A program made the position numbers and the translations under genes. Positions 9,820-22,036 of a stretch of 34,268 bases of DNA are shown here, piece by piece. The stretch is from Toensbergia leucococca. Its lineage: Eukaryota. Position 1 is the first letter of the stretch, and each line of letters begins with the position of its first letter. Below the pieces are notes generated by a model. That model ran no database searches. It saw nothing but the letters and a program-made list of their open reading frames with translations, and was not told where the DNA came from. The stretch is taken from NCBI GenBank assembly GCA_022813965.1, contig JALDZS010000033.1, forward strand, positions 124,001-158,268, written 5' to 3'.

Positions 9820-12204
9820 ATGGGGAGGGCTCTCAAATTCTCCTTTCCCTTACCCGGGTGGAAAGCAAAGACAGACAAATCGCCCACTGCCGATGTTCAC
9901 TGGCTTGGTGAGGATGCTGCCAGGAGCCCTAACTTCAACCCTGGCTCAAAGCTCGAGAGGCTGCTGGGTCCTTCAGATATCGCCTTTCCAGACTCGACTC
10001 GTTCAGAGACAAACAGCGTCAAGTCAGACAGGTCAAAAAAAAGAGATTTGAAGAAATTGCAAAAGAAGCCAAGTTTTATGAGTGTCACTGTCTCCGAGGT
10101 GGAAAGCGATTCAGCTAGAGAAAGCTATGGGGGAGCATTTGCATTGGCAGAACCTGTGGTGGAGGTATTGCAGCCATCGCAGGGCCTTCGCAACCAGCCA
10201 TCCTCACCTTTGCTTGGGAAGGGTTTTCCTGATGACTTAGCTGAGTGGGCTAGTGTAACCGATGTTCCTACGACTCGCCTTCGGCCCTCTAATTCCTCGT
10301 CGACGATGCAGTCATACTACGATGCTGGTAAATCGCCTCTTTCCGTCTCACAGCAAACATCGGCTTCTTCTGCTCGGGACATGGCATTACGCAAAGGATT
10401 CCCAGCAGTCTCCAGCCCGCTCAGCCAGGATGTATCGCAGGCTGGATCTGCTGTCGGAGATGGTGGATACGTGCTCGATGCTCAATGCGGGAGCCCTGTA
10501 AATCGAAGGAGAAGGCCCCCGAAGATGGACTTTGCCGCACTGTTTCCAAAACCACGCAATCCGATTCGTACACTCCTTTCGCCAGATAAGGTCATGAATT
10601 CTCCGTCGGAGCTATCCATGGTCTCAAGCAATTACCCAACTCCTTCCTCTACACGACCTAAGTGGCTCGGTGCGGACAGGAAAAGATCAAAGGATTCCTC
10701 TTCCACTTACTCGCCTAGTCCGCAGCAAACTCCAGGTTCACAATTTAGTATTGATTCTTCGTTCCAACACGTTGTTATCCCTGCGAACGTGGGAGGTCAG
10801 AATTCGTTTGAAGGGCACAAAATCCCTGAGGTACGAGACTTACAGCCCGACTTGTTGAAGGGCCACCAGGTCGTCGATAGGTATGAAAGAGTTCCGCACT
10901 ACGCCGTTGAAGAGAACCTAGGGGACGTTAATAACACGCACCGGAAAAGCAACAATAGTGTTCAAAGTCAACAGACTTCAAGCTCCACGAGGACTGTAAG
11001 CTTCAAACTTAGCCCTCTTCCACCACAGCGCACCTATTCTCATAGCAGTCCTTCTTTACAGTCTTGGGAAGCAAGGAGCAACCATGGTAGCTCGACTTGG
11101 CAAAGCGACTGGTCAAGAAAAGGTAGCGGAGACGTATTTTCGCGCACAGACTTACAGCAGCAAAGCATCCTCGAGCTGTCTTCGTCAGATGATGAGAGCG
11201 AGGAAGGCACTCTCTCGGGCTCAAAAATACCCAAATATCAAATTCGAGATAGCATAGAAAAACCCGATAGAGGCGACGAGGTATTGATATTAAACGCAGA
11301 GAGAGTCACGCCTGTAAAACCAGGCCCAATAGTCAACGTGTCCTCGCGCATGACCCCAAGGTCCAGCAGGCCTCAAGGCAAAGTTGGCAACGAACTATCG
11401 CCGTGTATCCCCAACATATCTCAGCCACCTAAGAGAGGCTCGTCAATGCGATGGCAACAATTCGCCACTAGGTCTACAAGCACACAATTAGCGACCAAGA
11501 CGCCTCCTCGTGGCGACCAACCACTCTTCGAGCACTTTCCTTCCTCCTCATCCTCCAAATCGCCACAAAAGCCCCCTCTACAAGGCGGCAGACTCATGAC
11601 CGTCACTGTCGAAGAAGAAAAACTTCTCGAAGCAATGCGACAAAAACGAGCCAGCATGCGTCAAATCCTCTTCTCAGACTTTGAATCCGCCACTAGTCCA
11701 AGACCCAAAACCGCCGGTCTTGAAGGCCGCTCCACCTTCTTCGAATCGGACAAGTCTAGTCTCTCCTCCCATCCCTCGGGTTCCAATGGGCATCGGAAAT
11801 CCTCCCTCCGCCAATCCCCACACGCTGCTTCAACAGAAGATCTCTCCCGCGAGGACTCCTTTCCCTTCTACGACGCGTCCTCGACATTGAATCCTCCAAT
11901 TAGCTTCCTCCCTGCACCCAAGCTCTCCCCTACACTAAGTCTGGGTCTGTCGGAAACTGTGCCTTCGCCACCAACGAGTCGTGATTCACCAGCCACGCCG
12001 CCACCAGGAGATCCGTCTACGGTGAACTATGCTGGTGATTTCAGGGAAGTAGCGAGGCCCTTTTCTGCGGTGGGAAAAGGAAGGGGTGAAGGGGGGAGGA
12101 CGGGAGGGAGTGGGCTAGTGCTGCTTGGGGGTGTGGAACATAAGATCGAGGATTTGGAGGTGGAGCAAGAAGGGCAGGAATGGCCTGTCAATAGATGGAG
12201 GTAG
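9820..12204 (+). CDS. Uncharacterised Ser/Pro-rich, probably largely disordered protein, 794 aa, single exon
   Basis: Uninterrupted 2.4 kb ORF whose first ATG is at 9820 (the ORF-track start at 9775 is a TTG). Motif islands QSYYDAGKSPLSVSQQTSASSARDMALRKG and LMTVTVEEEKLLEAMRQKRASM sit in low-complexity sequence. Confidence 0.85.
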   Translation: MGRALKFSFPLPGWKAKTDKSPTADVHWLGEDAARSPNFNPGSKLERLLGPSDIAFPDSTRSETNSVKSDRSKKRDLKKLQKKPSFMSVTVSEVESDSARESYGGAFALAEPVVEVLQPSQGLRNQPSSPLLGKGFPDDLAEWASVTDVPTTRLRPSNSSSTMQSYYDAGKSPLSVSQQTSASSARDMALRKGFPAVSSPLSQDVSQAGSAVGDGGYVLDAQCGSPVNRRRRPPKMDFAALFPKPRNPIRTLLSPDKVMNSPSELSMVSSNYPTPSSTRPKWLGADRKRSKDSSSTYSPSPQQTPGSQFSIDSSFQHVVIPANVGGQNSFEGHKIPEVRDLQPDLLKGHQVVDRYERVPHYAVEENLGDVNNTHRKSNNSVQSQQTSSSTRTVSFKLSPLPPQRTYSHSSPSLQSWEARSNHGSSTWQSDWSRKGSGDVFSRTDLQQQSILELSSSDDESEEGTLSGSKIPKYQIRDSIEKPDRGDEVLILNAERVTPVKPGPIVNVSSRMTPRSSRPQGKVGNELSPCIPNISQPPKRGSSMRWQQFATRSTSTQLATKTPPRGDQPLFEHFPSSSSSKSPQKPPLQGGRLMTVTVEEEKLLEAMRQKRASMRQILFSDFESATSPRPKTAGLEGRSTFFESDKSSLSSHPSGSNGHRKSSLRQSPHAASTEDLSREDSFPFYDASSTLNPPISFLPAPKLSPTLSLGLSETVPSPPTSRDSPATPPPGDPSTVNYAGDFREVARPFSAVGKGRGEGGRTGGSGLVLLGGVEHKIEDLEVEQEGQEWPVNRWR

Positions 12205-12982
12205 CTTTGGTTTGGGTCCCGTACTCATGCTATCTTGTCTCGGAATCTATGTCACTGTGTCGGATAAGTACCGTTGGAAAACGTTAATGATGAATTCTCT
12301 GGGTGGATCTTTCGGGCATTTGCAGGATAATTTTACGAGATGGTTAGATATGTCGGGCTCATTGATTATAGTAAACGCCCGACCTTGGGAGTATTGGGAC
12401 TATTTTGGGATTTGAATTTTTACGGCATTAATCGTGGGATTTTGAAGGGGAAAAAATATGGTCTGGTACAGCGATTTGATATTGGTATAGAGTTATGGCA
12501 GTAGCGATTATATCAAAATATCTACAGTATTAGTGATCCGATTCCTTGACGTTGCTATTCAAACGGAGAGAGGCTTCTTTCTATCCAAATGAAGATGTGT
12601 AAGGGAAGTAGGGATGAATGAAGTGGTGGGGTAGGGTGTTCAACGTTCAATTACCAAGAGCCTGAGAGCATCATTCTCTCATTCTTTCATTCAAACAAAG
12701 GCAAAGAGAATGGTACCATGGTGCATTGTCACTCCTGTGCTCAGAATCGTGTTCTTCGGCCACAACATGCTGCCTCCCCCACAAGCCACCCCTGCCGTTG
12801 CCCCGACTGACGAACGAGATCTTGCCTTACCTAAGTCTGACACGCCGTATTTCTCGAATTTGACTAACACACTCCTTTGATCGACCGTCATTCACTCCTT
12901 ATGTTGATGATCCAAATTTCAGACAGACACGCCTCTATTCACATCATATAACAAAGGCACCTTCGATTCGGATACTATAATC

Positions 12983-14531
12983 ATGGGTTTGGGCGAAGCG
13001 CCCCGTCATTTATCTTCGGCCACATGGTTTGGCATGCCCATGAAACATGTGTCTTTGGTCACTGTGGGCATCTACATTGCTCTAGAGTATGGATCGGAGA
13101 TGCTAACAAAACTCCAGCTCACGATTCAGAATTCGGCCCTCATTCTCGTACGCGCGCCTTCCTATCCGCCGAAGAACTCCTTGTCCTGTTCAGAATGCCT
13201 CAATAGGTCCTGACAATGGCAACAGATATTGTACTATTCTCGGGTTATGCCACTGGTTGGCGGCCAGAGATATATCACATCCACTGCAGTCTTCCTCACT
13301 GAGGTCCTGAAGCTTGGCGTTTGTCTCACCATCGCTCTTTATGAGATATCGCGGACGCTTCCTCCTTCAATGCCCGCGACATCGCTATTCAGCAACTTGA
13401 CCAATGCGGTCTTTACTGGTGATAGCTGGAAACTTGCCATCCCAGCTAGCCTATATGTCTTACAAAACTCCCTTCAGTACGTTGCGGCGTCCAACCTTGA
13501 TGCGGCAACTCTGCAAGTCACATACCAGTTCAAGGTCCTTCCGACAGCACTTTTCAGCGTCTTTTTTCTCAAAAGGAATTTGTCAGCTCGAAAATGGGTA
13601 GCTTTAGGGCTTCTAATGGTCGGTATTGCTATTGTACAGATCCCTTCTAGCAGCTCGACACTGGAATTGATGCCACTGAAAGTCTCTCGATCGACGTTTT
13701 ATATTCCTCGGTCATTGGATGCATGGAGGTATTTGGAAAATTCTGCAGTGGCTCCAATGAATAAACGATCTGCCACATATGAAGGAATTGAGGAGGACGA
13801 AATGCTTAAGCACCCACAGCTCAATGGACTTCTCGGATTTATAGCTGCTGTGGCAGGGTGTATTGTCTCCTCTGCAGCATCTGTGTATTTCGAGAAAGTG
13901 TTGAAGGACTCGAATAGTCCTGCTTCATTGTGGGTTCGAAATGTTCAGCTGGCTTTCTACTCTCTATTTCCCGCCCTCTTCATCGGCGTCGTCTTTGTAG
14001 ACGGAGAGGATATTGCCAAAACTGGGTTCTTTGTTGGATACAATTGGATCGTGTGGACGACCATAGCTTTCCAGGCAGTTGGTGGCATCGTCGTTGCTCT
14101 CTGTCTCAATTATGCCGACAATGTGTCCAAAAGTTTTGCCATGAGCATTAGCATCCTTGTTAGTTTATGTGCAAGCGTCTTGCTCTTCCGATTTACTGTC
14201 ACTGCCAATGTAAGTTTTATAGCCATCTTAGGTGCCAAAGTCACTAATATGCGTTGCCTAGTTTCTCGTTGGCACATTGATAGTGTTATTCGCAACGTAT
14301 CTTTACAATAGCCAAGACCGGGTGCGACCTGCACCAATTCAAATACACAATTACGAGAAAACTACCATTGACAGTCAATCGGCTAATGCGCAGGATCAAC
14401 TTCTGAAGCTGCCGAGTACACCCATGAAGAGTGAGGGTTTGTCATCATCAAGGCCTTCCTCTCCGATCGCCCACCATGCTAGAGTGGGATCATCGAGGAC
14501 ATATTTTGGTGCTAAGCATCGAGACGAATAA
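12983..14531 (+). CDS. Golgi nucleotide-sugar transporter, UDP-galactose/SLC35A family (S. pombe Gms1-like), about 454 aa, 4 exons
   Basis: Family motifs SLVTLTIQNSALIL, STAVFLTEVLK, IPASLYVLQNSLQY, QVTYQFKVLPTA, VYFEKVLK, LWVRNVQL and YADNVSKSFA, with multiple hydrophobic helices. Introns 13064-13117, 13148-13225, 14210-14261. Confidence 0.92.
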
Positions 14532-15112
14532 AGCTGAGAAGCCTCCCTTCATATATGGTGGCAAGACTAAGGTACCCATAAATTCCAATGGTGTGCAAGG
14601 CCATCCTACTCCTAACAAGATCTCGGGTCTAGAAATGCATTCTTGCGCGTAAAGGGTCTTAAAGTTGTTGTCTTTCCTTGAGAATGAAAAGGGAAAACTG
14701 TTACAAGAGTCATGCATGGTCGTATGTTTTATCTACGCATTCTTGATGGACTGTCAGCCTTGTTCAAGCATTATAGGCATTTTGGGGCATTGGCATTGGC
14801 ACACGGTGTGTCTCGACTACGGTGTTCAGCGTTGTGTTTCAGTCATGATTGAGTCTTGGATGTGGCCAAGGCAGAGATTTTGTAAGTGATGCAACTTTCA
14901 TGAGGTAGCAATGTACATAAGCGAGTTGATGACGAGAGTGTAAGGTATGCTTCGGGAATTGAGGGCTGAATACGATCCTCGCCTCGATACCCTGTTTCCT
15001 TGGTACCTTAGCATAGCTGTGCACTTCCATTCGTGCAGAAATGCCTCTCACCTACGCTTCATAGGTAGCCCGGCCGTGTTTCTTCCTACAAGAGAATCTA
15101 TTCCTGCTCCTG

Positions 15113-18100
15113 ATGGATCCACGTGTAAGACCAGTGGTCGATGAAGTGCAGGCTCTTCTTCGCGAGATCCAAGGTGACTCTCAAATCGGAACCCAAGACA
15201 CTTGTGGTCTTGAGCCATATTCGAACAGACAGATGTTCTCTACCTCTCTTGAACCAAGATCCGAAACACAGCAACCTAAGCAAAAGATTTCGACCCAGTG
15301 TCATTCGCAGCGATTAGAGGCTCGAGACCTACAGATTCTACAGACGAATCGATGCGTTGGTCCGGACTTTCCTTTTGATGCATATGGTAACTCGAAGATA
15401 ACCTGATTATTGAGAACAAGCTAATGCAGTCAGATCGAGCATTGCTAGCTGATGAACCCCATCCTGCCAGACACTGGCAAGCTACCTACAGAACCACACC
15501 ACTGCCACTACCGCCCAATGGTCTCCAAGCCCAAGACAAGAAAATATCGCATTTTGTCCGAGGCAAAAGTGGACAGCGTCAGGTTTCACGTTCCGAGGGT
15601 GAATCACTCCCAGGTCGCTTCATTTTTCCATTGCTGACTCCTACCAGGTCTCTCCATTCATCAACACCAGGAAGCCGATCCATGTAGTATGTTCTGATAC
15701 CTGACTGTGTGGGTGCTGAGTTGAATCCAGCGTAGCCCAATATCTTCGCGGCTCTGCTCCAGATGTTGGTACAAGCTCTTCTCCCTCCTCTCATGTTCCT
15801 TCGAGTCCCTCGTTTGGACCCAGCCAACGCAGGACTGCACATGGCTCACTTGCCAACAAGCTCGACGAAAGCCTATCCCTACCTATTTCTCAAGTACATC
15901 CATTCGCAAAGCAGCAAGTAAGGGCCCAGCCAAAGAGAATAGACCTCGGCCACGCTCCGCCAGTAGTGCAGGGTATCCAACTCGTTTCGCTGAATGAATT
16001 ACCAGATCGCTTCCGATCCATATTCGGTTTCCATCTATTCAATGCGGTCCAGTCTAAATGCTATGAAGCAGTCTACAAGTCCAATGACAATTTGGTTCTC
16101 TCCGCGCCTACAGGTAGCGGGAAGACAGCTATCCTGGAGCTGGGCATCTGCCGTCTAGTCTCAGGTTTCAATTCTGATCAATTCAAGATAGTATACATGG
16201 CACCCACAAAGTCGCTTTGCACTGAAAGACAGAGAGACTGGCAGGCCAAATTTGCTTCTTTGGACTTGCAGGTTGCCGAGCTAACGGGCGATACCGATCA
16301 AGCACAATTGCGCAATGTCCAGAATGCTAGTATTATAGTCACTACCCCGGAGAAGTGGGACAGTATGACAAGAAAGTGGAAGGATCATTCAAGACTCATG
16401 CAACTTGTCAAACTCTTCTTGATTGATGAAGTGCACATACTGAAGGAAACCCGTGGGGCCACTTTGGAGGCGGTTGTGTCACGCATGAAATCTGTAGGTT
16501 CAAACGTACGATTCATTGCGTTGAGTGCCACAGTCCCAAACTCTGAAGATATCGCGACATGGCTCGGTAAGGATTCAAGTCATCAGCATATTCCCGCGCA
16601 ACGTGAAAGATTTGGAGAGGATTTCAGACCAGTAAAACTACAGAAATTTGTTTACGGGTTGCCTAGCACAGGAAATGATTTTGCCTTTGACAAAGTTTGC
16701 GATCCAAAGTCTGCAAGGCCACTCTGTACCCCTAGAGAAGACCTGGACTGATGGCCTCGGACTACAGGCTCCCGGATATCATCGCCAAGCATTCCCATAA
16801 GAAACCTATGATGATTTTCTGCTTTACAAGAAAGTCAACAGCAACCACTGCAAAGCTTCTTGCAAACATATGGGTTTCAAAAGCCCCCCGAGACCGTCTT
16901 TGGCCAGGACCAACTCGAAGGATTGCAGTATCAGATCCTGATCTCGAAGGTCATACAAATCCTTTCAGGTGTGAAGATATAGCTAAAATGATTCAGACGC
17001 CATAAGTTCCGGTGTTGCGTTTCATCATGCTGGCCTTGATGGCGTGGATAGACATGCTGTAGAGAAGGGGTTTTTGGAGGGACAGATAAGCGTTATCTGT
17101 TGTACATCCACCCTTGCTGTCGGCGTCAACCTGCCCTGTCATCTCGTCATCATTAAAAATACAGTGAGTTACCAAGGTGAAGGCACCAAGGAGTATGCGG
17201 ACCTTGAAATGATGCAGATGATGGGGCGCGCAGGACGGTACTAAAATTCGAAACTCACTTACGGCCAAAAGCTTACAATTCGTAGACCACAATTTGACAG
17301 CAGTGCAATTGCCGTGATCATTACGCGTCAAGAAAAGGTCAAGAAGTATGAGAAATTGATATCAGGACAAGAGTTGCTGGAAAGCTGGTGAGTATCATTC
17401 CACACAGTAGATTTCCTGGTACTGTAAAGCTGACGGAATTCTTAGCCTTCATTTGAACTTGATCGATCACCTTGTAAGCCTAGCTACCATGCATTTCCAA
17501 GAAATGACCGCTGATGCCCGTTCTAGAATGCCGAGATAGGATTGGGTACAGTCTACGATGTACATTCTGCAAAGAGATGGCTTGCAGGTACATTTCTTTA
17601 CGTTCGTTTGGGACAGAATCCAAGTCATTACAAGCTTGACGGGGATACTGCTGGCCAGAGTCTGGACGACAGGATCGAGCAAATCTGTCGCAAGGACATT
17701 TCCCAATTACAGAATGCTCAATTAGTCTCTGTTGAAGGAAAGCTTGAGAGTACTGAACTTGGGGATGCGATGGCTCGATATTACATCAAATTCAAGACCA
17801 TGGAGCGCATCGTGCGATTAGAACCAAGGTCTAAGATGTCTGAGATTGTAAGTACAAGCTCCGGTTGCCCTGGAGTACAAGCTCCGGTTGCCCTGGCCAG
17901 AGCTAAACGTCTTAGCTATCTACGCTGGCCCAGGCAGAAGAGTTCAACGAGGTTCGCCTGAGGCCTGGTGAGAAGAAATTGTATCAAGAGATCAATCGGG
18001 CGAATGGTATCAAATTTCCTATCAATGTTGACATCGCCCTACCAGCTCACAAGCGGACCTTGATTCTACAAGCTGAACTCAATGGAGTTGAATTTCCTTT

Positions 18101-20480
18101 GGACGAGCAATTCATGAAACACAAGAAGCAATATCAGCAGGACAAAGTCATCTTATTCTCCCATGTTCACCGACTCATCCGATGCGTGGTCGACTGTCAG
18201 CTTCATCTTCAGGATGCCACCGCGGTAAGACATGCTTTGGAGCTAGCTCGAAGCTTTGCTGCCAGAGTGTGGGACACGTCACCACTGCAAATGAAACAGA
18301 TAGCGCAAATCGGATTGGTAGGTGTGCGCAAGCTTGTCTGTGGGGGCATTAATGGTATTGAAGCACTCGAGGCGACCGAAGCACATCGTATCGAGATGTT
18401 GATGAGCAGAAACCCACCCTTTGGTAATGAGACTCTCTCGAGGCTCAAAGACTTCCCCAAGCTATTTGTCACTTTGAAGTCAACAGGCAAAGTTGGTAGT
18501 CTCCGTGACTTCTCAAAATGGCTATGCTAACAAGTAAACAGGATGCCAAGAACGGACCGACAGTCAAGGTCAAGATTAAAGCAGACTGTGGTTTCTTGAA
18601 CGAAAAAGCTCCAGTTATGTTTCAACGAAAGCCAATATTTGTTTGCTTCCTTATGGAAAGATCAGACGGTGTTCTCGTTGATTTTCGCCGCGTCAGGTAA
18701 GAGAATGGACTAATTGATCTGCAAGGCTGACAATCCAAAGTGCCAAAAAGCTGGGTAAGGCTCAAGAGATGTTTGTGACTGCGGAAATGGCGAATTACAC
18801 ACAATATTTCACCTGCTATGTGATGTGTGACGAGATTGGTGCGCCCATTTTCCATACTCCATTTCCCATCCTCGAACCCTAATCATATCGTAAGCTGATG
18901 GACTGGCGTAGCTGGGACCATGCGAAGCGCTGAACTTAAGATTAACCTCCCAGCTTCAATGTTTCCACAGCCAAGACCACAACTTCGCGAATCTCAAGCC
19001 GTAGATAGGAACGTACCGGACAAGCATGATAAGCCAATCAACGGCCTCTTGAAGAGTGATTTCCGTACTGCCTCGCAACTTCTCGAGGATGACTTCCACG
19101 ATGACATTGACGATCAAGATATGATGGAAGCTCGTAAGAAATATCCTTTTCTATCGTACAATGCAAATAGGCGCTTATCAGCATGCAGTGGACGGAACTG
19201 AATTCAACCACGTAGACACCTACGAGAGGAGAATGACGTCTAATACCAGCAAGTCGAACGTCAGTTCCACTCCTCAGACCACCAGTGCTATTGAAAATGA
19301 TCACTCCTGGGAGCCAACGCAGCTCGAGAACGGAAAATGGGCATGTAATCATAAGTGCAAAGACAAGCTGAGGTATGTCTCTTAGATAAGTTTGAATCGC
19401 TGCATATAACCGAAAAACAGATGCAAGCACTTATGCTGCCATGAGGGAGTTGATAAGGCTCCGAAGCCTCCTAAAAAGCCAGCGGCGATAGCCGACTCTT
19501 CAGGCCCAACCCAGACTCGTTTTGAGCCTGGCCACCAACTTTCGATTACTCCAGCAGGCAAATCGAAGCCTCAGAAAGGAAAACAATTCCAGCAGCGCTC
19601 TACCCAAGACGTCGAGACCATTGATCTAACAAAGGAAAGTCATCGGAAAGAGTATGCGAAAAGCGGTCCGAGAGAATTTAGGAAACTGCATCGTCTTCAT
19701 GAGAGCGTGAACAAGGCACCACCAGCGCAGGTCATCGCAAAAACTAAGCCAACCTTCTCATATGGAAAAGGCGACCATCCTCACCTCTCCTTCCTCAGTA
19801 AGACCAGCGATGCCGGAAACCCTATGGGTGAAGTCTCAAGCGACTACGACGATAGCTGGATGGACGACTTGCCGTCTCCTTCGGTTCTCTTAGGCGAGAA
19901 ATCAAGACCCCAGCAGGACCTGAGTCCAGATCCATTCGGGGTCTCCACACCTAAAGACGACGACATTTGGGACCTAGAGGAAAGCATGGTTGGCCTGGGC
20001 GATTCCATCGCCCTATCCGAGGACACAGGTTTTCTCTTCACAGATCCCATATCCCTAAACTTCGACTCAAACGCCGACTTTATCCCTTTTGACAACCAAG
20101 ACGACCATAACGAGCTCCCATTGAACCCCATATATCCCTCGAACACCTTCTCTTCCAGGAACAAAGAGAACCGACTATTCCTCTCGACCGACAGCCCCGA
20201 AAAGCCCTCAACGCAGAATCGCAAGCGGAGAACGACCTCCCCACCCTTAGAGCTACCTTCCTCCCCCCCAGCGTCCAAAAAGCAAAAGGCAACGATCAGT
20301 GAAACCAGCTACATACCAGCTAGGAAAGAATTAGAAAATCGAGCTATCTTGTCCTCGGCAGACAAAGAAAACCAACCTGTAACATCCGCCGCGTTGAGCA
20401 AATTGAGGCCGTGGGCAGACATGGAGGGTATCGACCCGGATTTCATCGCCGAATTTGCGGATTTTGTGGACTTTGTTTGA
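15113..20480 (+). CDS. MER3: Meiotic crossover (ZMM) DExH helicase Mer3/HFM1 with Sec63-like domain and C-terminal zinc finger, about 1557 aa, 14-15 exons
   Basis: Motifs FNAVQSKC, APTGSGKT, YMAPTKSLC, TTPEKWDS, LIDEVH, LSATVPN, GVAFHHAGL, TSTLAVGVNLP and QMMGRAGRPQFD; zinc finger WACNHKCKDKLRCKHLCC. Introns 15387-15433, 15687-15730 (alternative model adds 15599-15647 and uses acceptor 15735), 16709-16767, 16950-16996, 17238-17285, 17388-17445, 17474-17526, 17848-17915, 18492-18541, 18697-18740, 18839-18911, 19134-19188, 19373-19420. Confidence 0.93.
17851..17896 (+). repeat. Perfect tandem duplication of a 23-nt unit (AGTACAAGCTCCGGTTGCCCTGG x2) inside a MER3 intron
   Basis: Identical copies at 17851-17873 and 17874-17896, read directly. 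Confidence 0.95.
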
Positions 20481-20759
20481 GCAAATTAGGTGGGAAGGGG
20501 TTTTCCTTGTTCAATTTAGACGGAAAGAAAATATCTTGCTTCGCTAATTGTCAAGGGAATGTTTGCATTTGTTTTCTGCCAGCTTTTTTGCTTTTTCATA
20601 AAACGAATTTGCTATTTTCAGCGTTTCTTGCTGCAAGCGAGATAGATTTGATGTATCCTACCAACTCCCTTCTCTTACTGGCTACCAACGCATCCTGCTT
20701 TTCTGCTCCATTGTATCTCACAAATGAGGGGGTTGGGGGAAAGAAATCTATGCCCCTTT

Positions 20760-21600
20760 CCACACTTTACCATCCAAACCCACTTCCTCACGTCTCATCT
20801 ACCCACTACGCCCAACAAATACAGCCCCCCCCCCGGCCACCGGCTTGTCCCCAGCACACCCACCAGAAAACCCAAGGACCTCAACCCCCAAACCCACCCT
20901 CCCAACTTATCCAATCCTTCCCTCACCAAAACAATCCCCAACTCCCCCCCGCCCCCTATCTCCATCCAGCAAACCATGAAAATAAAATAACCACTCGATA
21001 TGCCAAACTCCCAGCCCACATTCCCCTCCCCCCCCATCCATCAACAACATACCCCCTCTAACAAAGAAAAGAAAAGATGCCTTACTTCAGACTATCCATC
21101 CATCCATCCATTCATTGGGTCCACATACACAAATCTCAGATCCCCCCCCCGGTCCAATATTCCAAATTCCACGAAAAAAAAAATCCCCAAACCCCACTCG
21201 CAAAATCGGCCCATCATCCCCATCAGTAAAAAGGGTAGCGGCGAAAGACACAGACGCGCGTGCAATGAGTCGAGTTTGTGTGTCTTGAAAAGGGGGGGGG
21301 GCAAGTGAGAAAAGTGGAAGGGGAGAAGTGGGGAGTGGGGAGTAAAAAGGGGGAGTAAATAAACGGGGAGTAAAAAGGGGGAAGAAAGAAGAAAAGAAAA
21401 AAGTATACTCGCCCATGACTCTCCAATAGTAATATTCCCAATCCAGAGATATCACACAGACAGGCCTCGGTTCCGTGGCGGAAAGAGGGGGCGTTTTATT
21501 TATTTATTTATTTTTTTTGGCCTTTCATTTGGGCAAATTGAGGGGGTTGGCGGGGAGATAAGGAAAGGGGTGGATTTTTATTACTATTTCGGGGGAATAA
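20760..21600. repeat. Low-complexity, homopolymer-rich intergenic tract: C/A-rich half, then G/A-rich half; includes short (ATCC)n and a GGGGAGT array
   Basis: Runs of C9-10, G10 and A9. Lies between the convergent MER3 and LRR genes. ORFs here are compositionally biased. Confidence 0.8.
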
Positions 21601-22036
21601 ATGGCTAGTGGGTAAGGTAGGAAGAGCGAACAGCGGAGATGACGACGGGAGGGATTGGAAGGGATTCACGTTGTTAGATGCCCTCGTACAATTCGAGATG
21701 GAGGGAGGAGGGGGAAATGGCGTGCGTAAAATAAACCACTCAACATTTAATCTCCTCTCCTCGCCGCGGCGCCCAACCATCCCCAAAAGAAACAAAAAGA
21801 GGGAAGCCGAGCTCCAGCGGGAAAGACGGCAAGGAAACAGAACCTATTCGGGGAAAAAGATCTTCACACTCGTCATTCCGACCGCGAATATATCTAGCCT
21901 ATCTAGCCCCCGCCGCAAGCTCGGCTCTTCACCCCCCACAACGAGAACTACATCCGTCTCACCAGCCATTCGGCAAGAAAAAAGCACAAATCTACATCTC
22001 TTCTTTCGAAATCAGACCTCCCACTCTAAAAATCAC

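Noticed and set aside
6483..19420. Weak donors in HOP1 and MER3 as evidence of meiosis-specific splicing
   Set aside because: The non-meiotic phosphatase gene has similarly weak donors, so this looks like a genome-wide trait.
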